Origin: Actinomycetes bacterium
Lineage (GTDB): Bacteria > Actinomycetota > Actinomycetes > DATJPE01
Length of the DNA: 64,000 nt
Direction: 5' to 3'
Assembly: GCA_035506535.1 (NCBI GenBank)
Contig: DATJPE010000063.1
Location: 63,966-127,965 of the forward strand
A program made the position numbers and the translations under genes. Below, in pieces: positions 45,522 through 54,863 of this stretch. The stretch's first letter is position 1. The number at the start of each line of letters is the position of its first letter. The notes beneath the pieces are model-generated. The model saw only the letters and a list, made by a program, of their open reading frames with translations, searched no databases and was not told where the DNA came from.

Positions 45522-45622
45522 GTCATCACCTCGGTGCGATGGGCCGGCCGGTGCCGCCACGGGCCGGTCGGGGCGGGTCCTGGGAGCATACTTACTGACG
45601 AGTAGCAAACCAGGAGGTCGCC

Positions 45623-46783
45623 GTGCCCGCTCGTGACGCCGTCATCGTCGACGCCGTACGCACCCCCGTCGGCAAGCGTGGAGGGTCGCTGGCCGCGGTC
45701 CACGCCGTGGACCTGTCCGCGCACGTCCTGGGCGCGCTGGTGGAGCGGACCGGGATCGACCCCGCGGTCGTCGACGACGTCATCTGGGGCTGCGTGCAGC
45801 AGGTGGGCCAGCAGAGCTTCAACGTGGGCCGCAACGCGGTGCTCGCCGCTGGCTGGCCCGAGTCGGTGCCGGGGACGACGATCGACCGGCAGTGCGGGTC
45901 CTCCCAGCAGGCCGTCCACTTCGCCGCCGCGGGCCTGGTCGCCGGACACTACGACGTGGTCGTCGCCGGGGGCGTCGAGATGATGACCGCGATCCCGCTC
46001 GGCGCCGCCGCGCGTGACCCCGAGCTCGGGGAGCCGTACGGCCCGCTCGTCGACGCCCGCTATGGCGTGCCGTTCCACCAGGGACTGGGCGCGGAGATGA
46101 TGGCGGAGAAGTGGGGCTTCACGAGGGCGGAGCTCGACGAGTTCGCCGGCGCCTCGCACGCCAAGCTCGCCGCGGCGGTCGACGAGGGTCGTCTGGCCGG
46201 CCAGATCACGCCGGTACGCCTCCCCGAGGGTGGCACGCTCTCCGCCGACGAGGGCCTGCGCCGCGGCACGACGCCGCAGACGCTGGCCGGGCTGCGGCCG
46301 GCGTTCAAGCCCGACGGGGTCCTGCACGCCGGCAACTCCTCGCAGATCAGCGACGGGTCCGCGGCCGTCCTCCTGACAACCTCGGAGAAGGCTCGTGAGC
46401 TGGGCTTGACGCCGCTGGCCCGGGTGCACACGGCCGTCCTTGCCGGCGACGACCCGGTGATGATGCTGAGCGCGCCGATCCCGGCGACCCAGCGGGCGCT
46501 GGCCCGGGCCGGCCTCGGCATCGGCGACATCGACGTCTTCGAGGTCAACGAGGCCTTCGCGCCGGTGCCGATGGCCTGGCTCGCCGAGACCGGAGCCGAC
46601 CCGGCGCGCCTGAACCCGAACGGCGGCGCGATCGCCATCGGGCACCCGCTCGGCGCGTCGGGGGCTCGGCTGATGACCGCGCTGGTCCACGAGATGGCCG
46701 ACCGCGGGCTGCGTTACGGCCTGCAGACCATGTGCGAGGGCGGCGGCATGGCCAACGCGACCATCCTGGAGCGCCTCGCCTGA
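45623..46783 (+). CDS. Acetyl-CoA C-acyltransferase (thiolase)
   Basis: 386 aa. The thiolase active-site Cys is in DRQCGSSQQA and the C-terminal motifs are NEAFA and GHPLGASGAR. Confidence 0.9.
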   Translation: MPARDAVIVDAVRTPVGKRGGSLAAVHAVDLSAHVLGALVERTGIDPAVVDDVIWGCVQQVGQQSFNVGRNAVLAAGWPESVPGTTIDRQCGSSQQAVHFAAAGLVAGHYDVVVAGGVEMMTAIPLGAAARDPELGEPYGPLVDARYGVPFHQGLGAEMMAEKWGFTRAELDEFAGASHAKLAAAVDEGRLAGQITPVRLPEGGTLSADEGLRRGTTPQTLAGLRPAFKPDGVLHAGNSSQISDGSAAVLLTTSEKARELGLTPLARVHTAVLAGDDPVMMLSAPIPATQRALARAGLGIGDIDVFEVNEAFAPVPMAWLAETGADPARLNPNGGAIAIGHPLGASGARLMTALVHEMADRGLRYGLQTMCEGGGMANATILERLA

Positions 46784-46804
46784 CCCCACCCGGCGCCATG
46801 TTCT

Positions 46805-46934
46805 GACTGAACGCGGCGTTCCCCCGGACCTATTGGAGGAATGTCGCGTTCAGTCGAAGCACGCGGGGGCCGAGGAGCCGACTCAACGCGGCGTTCAGTC
46901 GGACCTATTGGAGGAATGCCGCGTTCAGTCGGAA
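46805..46934. repeat. Tandem pair of double-palindrome repeats (copies E1 46805..46858 and E2 46880..46934) in inverted orientation relative to copy A
   Basis: GACTGAACGCGGCGTTC-ccccGGACCTATTGGAGGAATG-tCGCGTTCAGTCGAA and GACTcAACGCGGCGTTC-AGTCGGACCTATTGGAGGAATG-CCGCGTTCAGTCGGAA, separated by 21 bp. They lie in the convergent spacer between the thiolase and the SDR gene. Confidence 0.8.
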
Positions 46935-46993
46935 ACCGGCGGGGGCGCTTCCCGTCGCACCGGGAGAAGCGGGGCGGGGGCTGGGCGGGACGG

Positions 46994-47755
46994 TCAGCGG
47001 GGGCCCATCCGGATGGCCCCGTCGAGGCGGATCGTCTCGCCGTTGAGCATCGGGTTGCGCACGATGTGCTCGACGAGGGCGGCGTACTCCGAGGGGTCGC
47101 CCAGCCGGGACGGGTGCGGCACCTGCGCCTCGAGGGAGGCGATCGCCTCCGGCGGCAGCGAGGCGAACAGCGGGGTGTTGAACAGCCCGGGCGCGATGGT
47201 GACGACCCGGATCTTGTGCTGGGCGAGGTCGCGCGCCACCGGCAGGGTCAGGCCCACGACGCCGCCCTTGGATGCCGAGTACGCCGCCTGCCCGATCTGG
47301 CCGTCGAACGCCGCCACCGAGGCCGTGTTGACGATGACCCCCCGCTCGCCGTCGACCTCCGGCGTCGCGGCGATGCGCTGGGCAGCCAGCCGGATCACGT
47401 TGAAGGTGCCGATGAGGTTGACCTGGATGACGCGTGCGAAGCCGTCGAGCGGGAACGGCCCCTCCTTGCCGAGCGTTCGGATCGCGTTGGCGATCCCGGC
47501 GCAGTTGACCGCGATCCGCAGCGTCCCCAAGGACTCGGCGGCGTCGAGCGCAGCCCGTACGTCGTCCTCGGCCGTGACGTCACCCGGGGCGAACAGCGCC
47601 CGGTCGCCGAGCGCAGCGGCCTCGGTCGCGCCGGCCGAGGACGGCAGGTCCAGCAGGACCACCCCGGCCCCCTCGGCGTGCAGCCGCGTGGCGGTGGCCA
47701 GGCCGAGCCCGGAGGCCCCGCCCGAGACGACGGCGACGCTGCCCTCGATCTTCAT
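46994..47755 (-). CDS. SDR family oxidoreductase (3-hydroxyacyl-CoA dehydrogenase type-2-like)
   Basis: 253 aa from ATG 47755 ([22 protein letters not shown]...). It has the TGxxxGxG-type NAD motif and the catalytic YxxxK (YSASK). Confidence 0.8.
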   Translation of the reverse strand: MKIEGSVAVVSGGASGLGLATATRLHAEGAGVVLLDLPSSAGATEAAALGDRALFAPGDVTAEDDVRAALDAAESLGTLRIAVNCAGIANAIRTLGKEGPFPLDGFARVIQVNLIGTFNVIRLAAQRIAATPEVDGERGVIVNTASVAAFDGQIGQAAYSASKGGVVGLTLPVARDLAQHKIRVVTIAPGLFNTPLFASLPPEAIASLEAQVPHPSRLGDPSEYAALVEHIVRNPMLNGETIRLDGAIRMGPR

Positions 47756-47885
47756 GGCGCTCTCCTCGATCGATTCCGCCAGGCGCAGCCCGGCCCTCTG
47801 ACCGGGCAGTCTCGCAGCCGCCCCGCGCGGGCGACGGCGCGGGGTTGGCATGATCGGGCGGAGGACACCCGCACACGAGGAGCCC

Positions 47886-49037
47886 ATGCCTGCGACCGAC
47901 TCGCCCACGCCCCAGGGGCCGCTGCGCGGCGTGCGGGTGATCGAGCTCGCGGGCATCGGACCGGGACCGTTCGCGGCGATGGTGCTCGCCGACCTCGGCG
48001 CGAGCGTGCTGCGGATCGACCGCCCGGGCCCCCAGCCCATCGAGCCCGAGGGTGCCGTCATCAACCGCGGTCGGCGCTCCGCCGTCCTGGACCTCAAGCA
48101 CCCGAGGGCCGTCGACGCCCTCCTGCGCCTCGCGGACCGGGCCGACGTCCTGCTCGAAGGCCTGCGCCCCGGGGTGACGGAACGCCTCGGCATCGGACCG
48201 GACACCTGCCTCGACCGCAACCCGCGCCTGGTCTACGCCCGGATGACCGGCTGGGGCCAGGACGGGCCGATGGCCCTGCGGGCCGGCCACGACCTCGGCT
48301 ACATCGCCCGCGCGGGCGCCCTGCACGGCTTCGGCCGGGCGGGCGGACCGCCGCAGTTCCCGGGCAACCTGCTCGGGGACTTCGGCGCCGGCGGGATGCT
48401 CGCCGCGCTCGGCATCTGCGCCGCCCTGGTCGAGCGCGGGTCGTCAGGCCGAGGTCAGGTCGTGGACGCCGCCATCGTCGACGGCGTCGCATCCCTGCTC
48501 ACCATGCCGTTGATGCTGCTCGCACAGGGGCACTGGCTCGACGAGCGCGGTGTCAACCTCCTCGACGGCGGCGTCCCCTGGTACGACGTCTACCAGACCG
48601 CCGACGACGAGTGGGTCGCCGTCGCCGCCCTGGAGCCGCCGTTCTACGCGGCGCTGCTGGCCGGCCTCGGGCTGGCGGACGTCCCTGACCGGGCAGACCC
48701 CGCGAACTGGCCCGAGTTGCGCCGCCGCTTCGCCGAGCGCTTCCGGGAGCGCACCCGCGAGGAGTGGGCCGGCCTGTTCGCCGGCACCGACGCGTGCGTG
48801 GAGCCGGTGCTGTCACTCACCGAGGCGACCCGGGACGAGCACCTGCTGGCCAGGGGCACCTACGTGCTGCGCGACGGCACGCCCGAACCCGCCCCCGCGC
48901 CCCGCTTCTCCCGCACCCCTGGGGTCCTGTCCTCCCCGCCGCCGCTCCCTGGCGAGCACACCAGGGAGGCGCTCACCGACTGGGGTCTCGGCGACGTCGA
49001 GGACCTGATCGCCGACGGGGCCGCGGTCCAGGCCTGA
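47886..49037 (+). CDS. CoA-transferase family III protein (CaiB/BaiF; alpha-methylacyl-CoA racemase-like)
   Basis: The N-terminus [25 protein letters not shown] and the family III fold are typical. The preferred start is ATG 47886. Confidence 0.75.
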   Translation: MPATDSPTPQGPLRGVRVIELAGIGPGPFAAMVLADLGASVLRIDRPGPQPIEPEGAVINRGRRSAVLDLKHPRAVDALLRLADRADVLLEGLRPGVTERLGIGPDTCLDRNPRLVYARMTGWGQDGPMALRAGHDLGYIARAGALHGFGRAGGPPQFPGNLLGDFGAGGMLAALGICAALVERGSSGRGQVVDAAIVDGVASLLTMPLMLLAQGHWLDERGVNLLDGGVPWYDVYQTADDEWVAVAALEPPFYAALLAGLGLADVPDRADPANWPELRRRFAERFRERTREEWAGLFAGTDACVEPVLSLTEATRDEHLLARGTYVLRDGTPEPAPAPRFSRTPGVLSSPPPLPGEHTREALTDWGLGDVEDLIADGAAVQA

Positions 49038-49044
49038 CCGGGGC

Positions 49045-49713
49045 TCAGTGCCCGTCGACGCCGACGACGCGGATCCCGGAGCGGGTCTTGTACTTCTTGT
49101 TGATGTTGATCAGAGCAGCGGTCAGCGGCTCGAGCTGGCGCGCCAGCCGCAGCGAGCCGGCATCGATGCCCGCCCGTCCGGTCACCGACCGCGCGAGCTC
49201 GATGGCGACGGCCTTCGCCTGCTCGTCGTCGCCGCACACGAGCACGTCCTCGTGGTCGAGCAGCTCGGCCTCGCCCCACAGGCTGACCGCCGAGAGGTGG
49301 TGGAAGGCGCCGACCAGCCGGGCGCTCGGCACGATGCGCTGCGCCTCCTCGGCGGCGCTGCCGTCGGGGACCGGCAGGCCGTACGAGCCCTGCTTGTCGA
49401 AGCCCAACGGGTTGACGCAGCTGATGACGACCTTGCCGGCCAGCACCTCGGCAAGCGAGGCCACCAGCTCGTCGTGGCCGGCATAGGGGACGGCGATGAG
49501 CGCGACCTCGGCCTCCGCGACCGCCACGGCGTTGGCCGCCCCCGTCACCGCCGCCGACCCGTCGAGCCGCTCGTTGATCTGCGCGGCCGTCTCCTCGGCG
49601 CGCTCGGCGGCGCGCGAGCCGATCACCACCCGGTGGCCCGCCCGGGCGAAGCGGTAGGCGAGCCCCTTGCCCTGCGGGCCGGTCCCGCCCACGACCGCGA
49701 CGTACTGGCCCAC
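49045..49713 (-). CDS. NADPH-dependent F420 reductase (NpdG/Fno family)
   Basis: 222 aa. The N-terminus VAVVGGTGPQGKGLAYRFARAGHRVVIGSR has the dinucleotide-binding fold typical of F420:NADP oxidoreductases. Confidence 0.7.
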   Translation of the reverse strand: MGQYVAVVGGTGPQGKGLAYRFARAGHRVVIGSRAAERAEETAAQINERLDGSAAVTGAANAVAVAEAEVALIAVPYAGHDELVASLAEVLAGKVVISCVNPLGFDKQGSYGLPVPDGSAAEEAQRIVPSARLVGAFHHLSAVSLWGEAELLDHEDVLVCGDDEQAKAVAIELARSVTGRAGIDAGSLRLARQLEPLTAALININKKYKTRSGIRVVGVDGH

Positions 49714-49823
49714 CGACGCCTCCTCGGCTCGCTCCGCCCCTGGATGGACGCAGCATGGCAGCCGGTGAGGGACCGCCTCCGACCGGGTGCGGCGGCTAGA
49801 GTCGCGGACAGGGAGGCGCGGCG

Positions 49824-50978
49824 GTGAAGCGAGGGCTCTTCGAGGCGGACCACGAGGTCTTCCGCGACGTGGTGCGCGAGTTCGTGGCCCGCGAGGTCCT
49901 GCCCCACCAGGAGCGCTGGGACCGCGAGCACATCATCGACCGCTCGACCTGGCTCGCGGCGGGCAAGCAGGGCGTCATCGGGCTGCCGGTCCCCGAGCGG
50001 TACGGCGGTGTCGGGACCGACGACTTCCGCTTCCGCTGCGTCGTCGCCGAGGAGCTCGCCCGGGTCGGCGCGTCCTCGCTCAGCTCGGGCTTCGGCCTGC
50101 AGGACGACATCGCGCTGCCGTACCTCACCGACCTCGGGACCGAGGAACAGCGCGCCCGGTGGCTGCCCGGGGTTGCCTCCGGCGAGCTGATCCTCGCCAT
50201 CGCGATGACCGAGCCGGGCGCGGGCAGCGACCTGCAGGGTGTGCGGACCACGGCGAGGCGCGACGGCGACGAGTGGGTGATCAACGGCAGCAAGACGTTC
50301 ATCACCAACGGCATCCACTCCGACCTGGTCATCGTCGTGGCGCGGACCGACGCCGGCGCCGGCGCCCGCGGCTTCAGCCTGCTCGCCGTCGAGCGCGGGA
50401 CCCCCGGCTTCAGCCGTGGGCGACAGCTCGAGAAGCTCGGCCTGGTCGCGCAGGACACCGCGGAGCTGTTCTTCGACGAGGTGCGCGTCCCGGCCGCGAA
50501 CCTGCTCGGGACGGAGGGCTCCGGTTTCGTCCATCTCATGGAGCGACTGCCACGGGAACGCATGTCGATCGCCTACGCCGGCCTCGCGGGCGCCCGGGCG
50601 GCGCTGGACTGGACGGTGGCCTACACCCGCGAGCGCAGTGCGTTCGGGCGGCCGCTCGCGGCGTACCAGAACACCCAGTTCGAGCTGGCCGAGCTGGTGA
50701 CCGAGGTGGACGTCCTCGAGGCCTTCATGGACAAGGCGGTGCTGGAGCTCAACGACGGCACCCTGACCGCGGTGGACGCGGCGAAGGCGAAGCTGTGGGC
50801 GACCGAGGTCCAGGGGCGGGTGGTCGACCGCTGCCTGCAGCTGTTCGGCGGGTACGGCTACATGCTCGAGTACCCCATCGCGAGGGCCTGGGCCGATGCG
50901 CGCGTGCAGCGGATCTACGGCGGGACGTCGGAGATCATGAAGACGATCATCGCCCGCGACCTCACCGGGCTGCGTTAG
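49824..50978 (+). CDS. Acyl-CoA dehydrogenase
   Basis: 384 aa. The ACAD N, middle and C domains are present, with the catalytic Glu in the C-terminal ...YGGTSEIMKTII region. Confidence 0.9.
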   Translation: MKRGLFEADHEVFRDVVREFVAREVLPHQERWDREHIIDRSTWLAAGKQGVIGLPVPERYGGVGTDDFRFRCVVAEELARVGASSLSSGFGLQDDIALPYLTDLGTEEQRARWLPGVASGELILAIAMTEPGAGSDLQGVRTTARRDGDEWVINGSKTFITNGIHSDLVIVVARTDAGAGARGFSLLAVERGTPGFSRGRQLEKLGLVAQDTAELFFDEVRVPAANLLGTEGSGFVHLMERLPRERMSIAYAGLAGARAALDWTVAYTRERSAFGRPLAAYQNTQFELAELVTEVDVLEAFMDKAVLELNDGTLTAVDAAKAKLWATEVQGRVVDRCLQLFGGYGYMLEYPIARAWADARVQRIYGGTSEIMKTIIARDLTGLR

Positions 50979-50988
50979 CCGCGACGCG

Positions 50989-51810
50989 ATGAGCGAGACG
51001 CCCGCCGATCACGAGACCGGCTTGCTCGATCTGCTCGACCTCGAGCAGATCGAGGAGGACCTGTTCCGCGCGAACTTCCTCGTCCAGGAGGAGTTCGCGC
51101 TCTATGGCGGACAGGTCGCCGCGCAGGCGCTCCTCGCGGCGGGGAGCACCGTCGACCGCGAGCGCCAGCCGCACTCCCTGCACGGCTACTTCCTGCGCGG
51201 CGGCGACCCCCTGCGGCCCACCGTGTTCCAGGTGTTCCGGGACCGCGACGGCGGGTCGTACTCGGCCCGGCGGGTCATCGCGATCCAGCAGGGGGCGGTC
51301 ATCTTCAACATGGCCTGCTCGTTCCACCGGCCCGAGGAGAGCCCGAGCTGGCAGGTCGAGCAGCTGCCGGCCACGGCGCCGCCGGACGGGCTCGAGCCGG
51401 GTCGCTTCCACCGACTCTTCTCGGTGGAGCACCGGATGCCCGAGCAGCCGTACGACCGGGGCTGGCCGACCCGCTTCTGGGCGCGTGTCAGCGTGCCGCT
51501 GCCCGACGACCCGCTGATCCACGCCTGCGCGCTGACCTACCTGTCGGACGTCTCGACCGGCGTCCTGCCGGCCGAGGACGGCTCGGCGGGACCGGGGTCG
51601 AGCATCGACCACGCGGTGTGGTTCCACCGCCCGGTCGACATGACGGACTGGACGCTGACCGAGTACCACCCGCGGATCGCGACTGGCGGTCGCGGCTGGT
51701 ACACCGGCTCGGTGTTCACCGCCGACGGGACGCTGGTGGCCAGCCTCACCCAGGAGGCGCTCTTCCGCGGCGGGCGGCCCGCCTGGGACCGGAGACCTAC
51801 GACCGGCTGA
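50989..51810 (+). CDS. Acyl-CoA thioesterase II (TesB-like double hotdog)
   Basis: 273 aa. The TesB pattern LLDLLDLEQIEEDLFRA...HSLHGYFLRGGD is present. It lies 11 nt downstream of the ACAD gene. Confidence 0.8.
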   Translation: MSETPADHETGLLDLLDLEQIEEDLFRANFLVQEEFALYGGQVAAQALLAAGSTVDRERQPHSLHGYFLRGGDPLRPTVFQVFRDRDGGSYSARRVIAIQQGAVIFNMACSFHRPEESPSWQVEQLPATAPPDGLEPGRFHRLFSVEHRMPEQPYDRGWPTRFWARVSVPLPDDPLIHACALTYLSDVSTGVLPAEDGSAGPGSSIDHAVWFHRPVDMTDWTLTEYHPRIATGGRGWYTGSVFTADGTLVASLTQEALFRGGRPAWDRRPTTG

Positions 51811-51958
51811 CCCCGGCGCGTCGCGCTCGGCTCGAAGCGTCACCTGACAACCGGCCCGGCCTCCCTGCGGACAGCCAGCGTCACCCGACAAGCAGCGTCA
51901 GCCGACAACCAGCCCACTCCCGAGCCGCGACCCGTCGGGCAACCCGCAGCCACAACAG

Positions 51959-52048
51959 CGGAGGCGGAGGGATTTGAACCCTCGATGGGCTTTAGACCCA
52001 AACCGCATTAGCAGTGCGGCGCCATAGACCGGACTAGGCGACGCCTCC
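51959..52048 (-). tRNA. tRNA-Ser (anticodon GCT)
   Basis: Reverse complement: GGAGGCGTCGCCTAGTCCGGTCTATGGCGCCGCACTGCTAATGCGG-TTTGGGTCTAAAGCCCATC-GAGGGTTCAAATCCCTCCGCCTCC-G. It has a long variable arm and anticodon GCT. CCA is not encoded. Confidence 0.85.
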
Positions 52049-52112
52049 CCGCGGCCTCCCGACCGCCCGGACAGGGTACCGAGGCGTTCCGGGGACGGGC
52101 AAAGTACGTCCG

Positions 52113-52775
52113 GTGGGAAGCGCGACGACCTCCGGCGATGGGGCAGGTCGGCACGGGCGCGACGTACGTCCGCCTGACGTCGCGCCGGTCGACGTCGTCG
52201 CGGTCGGCGCCGACGGGTGGGCGCGGCTCGAGGCGTTCTTCGGGCCCTCGGGGGCGTACTCGCACTGCTGGTGCACCTGGTGGCGGCAGCCGTCGGCGGC
52301 CTTCGACGCCGGGTGCAGGGACGGCGGGGCGGGCAACCGCGCGCTGCTCGAGTCGCTGGTGCGGGCCGGCCGCGAGCCCGGGCTGGTCGCCCTCGAGTCG
52401 GGGGCGCCGGTGGGGTGGGTGAGCGTCGCGCCGCGAACGGAGTACGTCCGGCTGGCTCGCTCGCCGTTGCTGCGCGGTACCGGCGACCTCGCCGACGACG
52501 GGGTCTGGGCGCTGCCGTGCTTCTGGGTCCCGCGCGCGCACCGCGGCCGCGGCGTGGCCTCGACGCTGCTGGCGGCGGCGGTGGACCACGCGAAGGCGCG
52601 CGGCGCCCGGGTGCTCGAGGCTTACCCGGTTGCGGCCGCGGGTCGGCTGGCCGCAGCGGAGGCGTACACGGGGACCGTCACCCTGTTCTCGCGTTTCGGC
52701 TTCCGCGTGGTGCGACGGCCGCCGACCGGACGACGCGTGGTGGTGCGCCGTGACCTCGGCGAGGCCCTACGGTGA
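52113..52775 (+). CDS. GNAT family N-acetyltransferase
   Basis: The acetyl-CoA binding motif region is ...WVPRAHRGRGVASTLLAAAVDHAKARGARVLEAYPV. The start is uncertain and may be an internal GTG near 52180. Confidence 0.55.
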   Translation: MGSATTSGDGAGRHGRDVRPPDVAPVDVVAVGADGWARLEAFFGPSGAYSHCWCTWWRQPSAAFDAGCRDGGAGNRALLESLVRAGREPGLVALESGAPVGWVSVAPRTEYVRLARSPLLRGTGDLADDGVWALPCFWVPRAHRGRGVASTLLAAAVDHAKARGARVLEAYPVAAAGRLAAAEAYTGTVTLFSRFGFRVVRRPPTGRRVVVRRDLGEALR

Positions 52776-53494
52776 CGGGCATGGCGGACCTCGACGCCGT
52801 GACGTCGGCCAAGAAGGCGGCGGCGGACTACGCCGTCGACACCTTCGTGGCTTCGGGGATGCGGGTCGGGCTCGGTACCGGCTCGACCGCGGTCTGGGCC
52901 GTCCGCCGGGTCGGGGAGCGGTTCGCGTCGGGGGCGCTCGCCGACGTGCTCGCCGTACCGACGTCGGAGGCGACCGCGGCGGAGGCGGCGCGGTGCGGCG
53001 TACCGCTGACCTCCCTGGACGACCACCCGGTCCTCGACGTGACCATCGACGGCGCCGACGAGGTCGACCCCGAGCTGGACTGCATCAAGGGCGGCGGCGG
53101 GGCGCACCTGCGGGAGAAGCTCGTCGCGCAGGCGAGCCGGCGGCTGGTGATCGTGGTCGACGACTCCAAGCGGGTGCCCGTGCTCGGGACGGCGTTCCCG
53201 CTGCCGGTCGAGGTGGTGCGCATGGCGCGCGTACCGGAGACGCTGTACGTGCGCTCGCTCGGCTTCGACGTGACGTGGCGCCGACGCGACGGGGCGCCCT
53301 TCGTGACCGACGAGGGCAACTGGATCCTCGACGTGGCCACCGGCCCGATCCTCGACAAGGACGGGCTGCTCGACCGGTTGCTGCGACGAGCCGGCGTCGT
53401 CGAGGTCGGCCTGTTCCTCGGGATGGCCTCCGACCTGGTCGTCGCCCACCCCGGCCGCGACGTCGAGCACCTGACCCGAGCCCCGAGCACCTGA
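52772..53494 (+). CDS. rpiA: Ribose-5-phosphate isomerase A
   Basis: Motifs GLGTGSTAV, DGADEVD and KGGGGAHLREK. GTG 52772 overlaps the GNAT stop; the alternative start is ATG 52781. Confidence 0.85.
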   Translation: MTGMADLDAVTSAKKAAADYAVDTFVASGMRVGLGTGSTAVWAVRRVGERFASGALADVLAVPTSEATAAEAARCGVPLTSLDDHPVLDVTIDGADEVDPELDCIKGGGGAHLREKLVAQASRRLVIVVDDSKRVPVLGTAFPLPVEVVRMARVPETLYVRSLGFDVTWRRRDGAPFVTDEGNWILDVATGPILDKDGLLDRLLRRAGVVEVGLFLGMASDLVVAHPGRDVEHLTRAPST

Positions 53495-53508
53495 CCCGCC
53501 CCTCCCTT

Positions 53509-53564
53509 CCGAATGAACGCGGCGTTCAGTCGGACCTATTGGAGGAATGCCGCGTTCATTCGAA
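53509..53564. repeat. Double-palindrome intergenic repeat, copy F (near-consensus)
   Basis: CCGAATGAACGCGGCGTTC-AGTCGGACCTATTGGAGGAATG-CCGCGTTCATTCGAA. It lies in the convergent spacer between rpiA and the bfaB-like gene and is flanked by C-rich and G-rich runs. Confidence 0.85.
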
Positions 53565-53575
53565 AACGGCGGGGG

Positions 53576-54856
53576 TCAGAACCAGGGGCGGAGGGGGACG
53601 CCGGCTTGGCCGGGGGGGAACTCGGGGGCGGCCTTGCCGATCTTGCCGCCCGGCTCGCAGCGGACGGCCAGCACCTGGTGGAGCTCGATGCGGCGGGTGT
53701 CGAAGCCGAGTCGCGACGCCGCCATGTACAGCCGCCACACCCGGGCCTTGGCGATGCCGACCTCGCGCACCGCCTCCTCCCAGTGCTCCTCGAGGTTGGC
53801 GCCCCAGTCGCGCAGCGTCAGCGCATAGTGCTCGCGCAGGTTCTCCTCGTGGCGCACCTCGAAGCCGTTGTCCTGGATGGCCGAGATGATCGTGCCGACG
53901 CCCTCGAGCTCACCGTCGGGGAACACGTAGCGGTTGATGAAGCCGCCCGCGGTGTTCTTCTCCTTGGTCGTGGGCCGAGTGATGCAGTGGTTGAGCAGGC
54001 GGCCCTCGGGACGCAGCCGGGACGCGAGGAAGGAGACGTACGACGGCAGGTTCGCCAGCCCGATGTGCTCGGTGAGCCCGATCGAGGAGATGGCGTCGAA
54101 GCGCTGCTCCGGGACGTCCCGGTAGTCGAGGTAGCGCACCTCCGCGAGGTCCTTCAGCCCGGCCTCGTGGATCGCGTCCTGGGCCCACTCGGCCTGCCGC
54201 TCGGACAAGGTGACGCCGAGGGCCCTCACGCCGTACTCCCGGGCAGCGTGGATGACCATGCCGCCCCAGCCGCAGCCGACGTCGAGCAGCGTCATCCCCG
54301 GCTCGAGGCCGAGCTTTCGCGCGACGAGGTCGAACTTCTCGTACTGCGCCTCCTCGAGGCTGGCCTCCGCCTTCGGGTAGCACGCGCAGGTGTACGCCAT
54401 CGAGGGGCCGAGCACCCAGCGATAGAAGCGGTTAGAGACGTCGTAGTGGTGCGAGATGGCCTCGGCGTCACCGCGCCGGGAGTGGCGCCGGACGAGACGG
54501 GACCGTACGTGCTCCTCGCGCGGCAACGGCGGCCGCCGGAAGGCGCTCACCCCGCCCGCGGCCTTGACCACCTCCGTGCGCTGCGCCCACGAGAGGTCCC
54601 CGATCTGGCCCTCCGTCAGCAGCTTGAGCGCGGTGTACATGTCGCCGTGCACCTCCAGATGCCCAGTGACGTACGCCCGCGCGAGGCCGAGGTCCCCCGG
54701 CGAGGTGATGATGTAGCGCAGCGCCAGCGGCGAGCGCACCTCCAAGGTGATGGCCGCGTCCTCGGGTCCGGACCGTGAGCCGTCGTACGCCGTGAACGCC
54801 ACCGACCCGCCGGCCGCGCCGCCGATGACCCGCTCGAAGACCTCCGCCAACCCCAT
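53576..54856 (-). CDS. Cyclopropane-fatty-acyl-phospholipid synthase family SAM-dependent methyltransferase (BfaB/TmsB-like, 10-methylene fatty acid forming)
   Basis: 426 aa. The CFA-synthase fold has the SAM motif LLDVGCGWGGMVIHAARE. It sits immediately downstream of a FAD oxidoreductase, which is the bfaA-bfaB (tmsA-tmsB) arrangement. Confidence 0.7.
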   Translation of the reverse strand: MGLAEVFERVIGGAAGGSVAFTAYDGSRSGPEDAAITLEVRSPLALRYIITSPGDLGLARAYVTGHLEVHGDMYTALKLLTEGQIGDLSWAQRTEVVKAAGGVSAFRRPPLPREEHVRSRLVRRHSRRGDAEAISHHYDVSNRFYRWVLGPSMAYTCACYPKAEASLEEAQYEKFDLVARKLGLEPGMTLLDVGCGWGGMVIHAAREYGVRALGVTLSERQAEWAQDAIHEAGLKDLAEVRYLDYRDVPEQRFDAISSIGLTEHIGLANLPSYVSFLASRLRPEGRLLNHCITRPTTKEKNTAGGFINRYVFPDGELEGVGTIISAIQDNGFEVRHEENLREHYALTLRDWGANLEEHWEEAVREVGIAKARVWRLYMAASRLGFDTRRIELHQVLAVRCEPGGKIGKAAPEFPPGQAGVPLRPWF

Positions 54857-54863
54857 CGCTGCT

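Noticed and set aside
53465-53497. Short direct duplication CGAGCACCTGACCCG twice at the 3' end of rpiA
   Set aside because: It lies inside the coding sequence, encoding ..VEHLTRAPST*. It is likely a trivial local duplication, and no functional signal was inferred.
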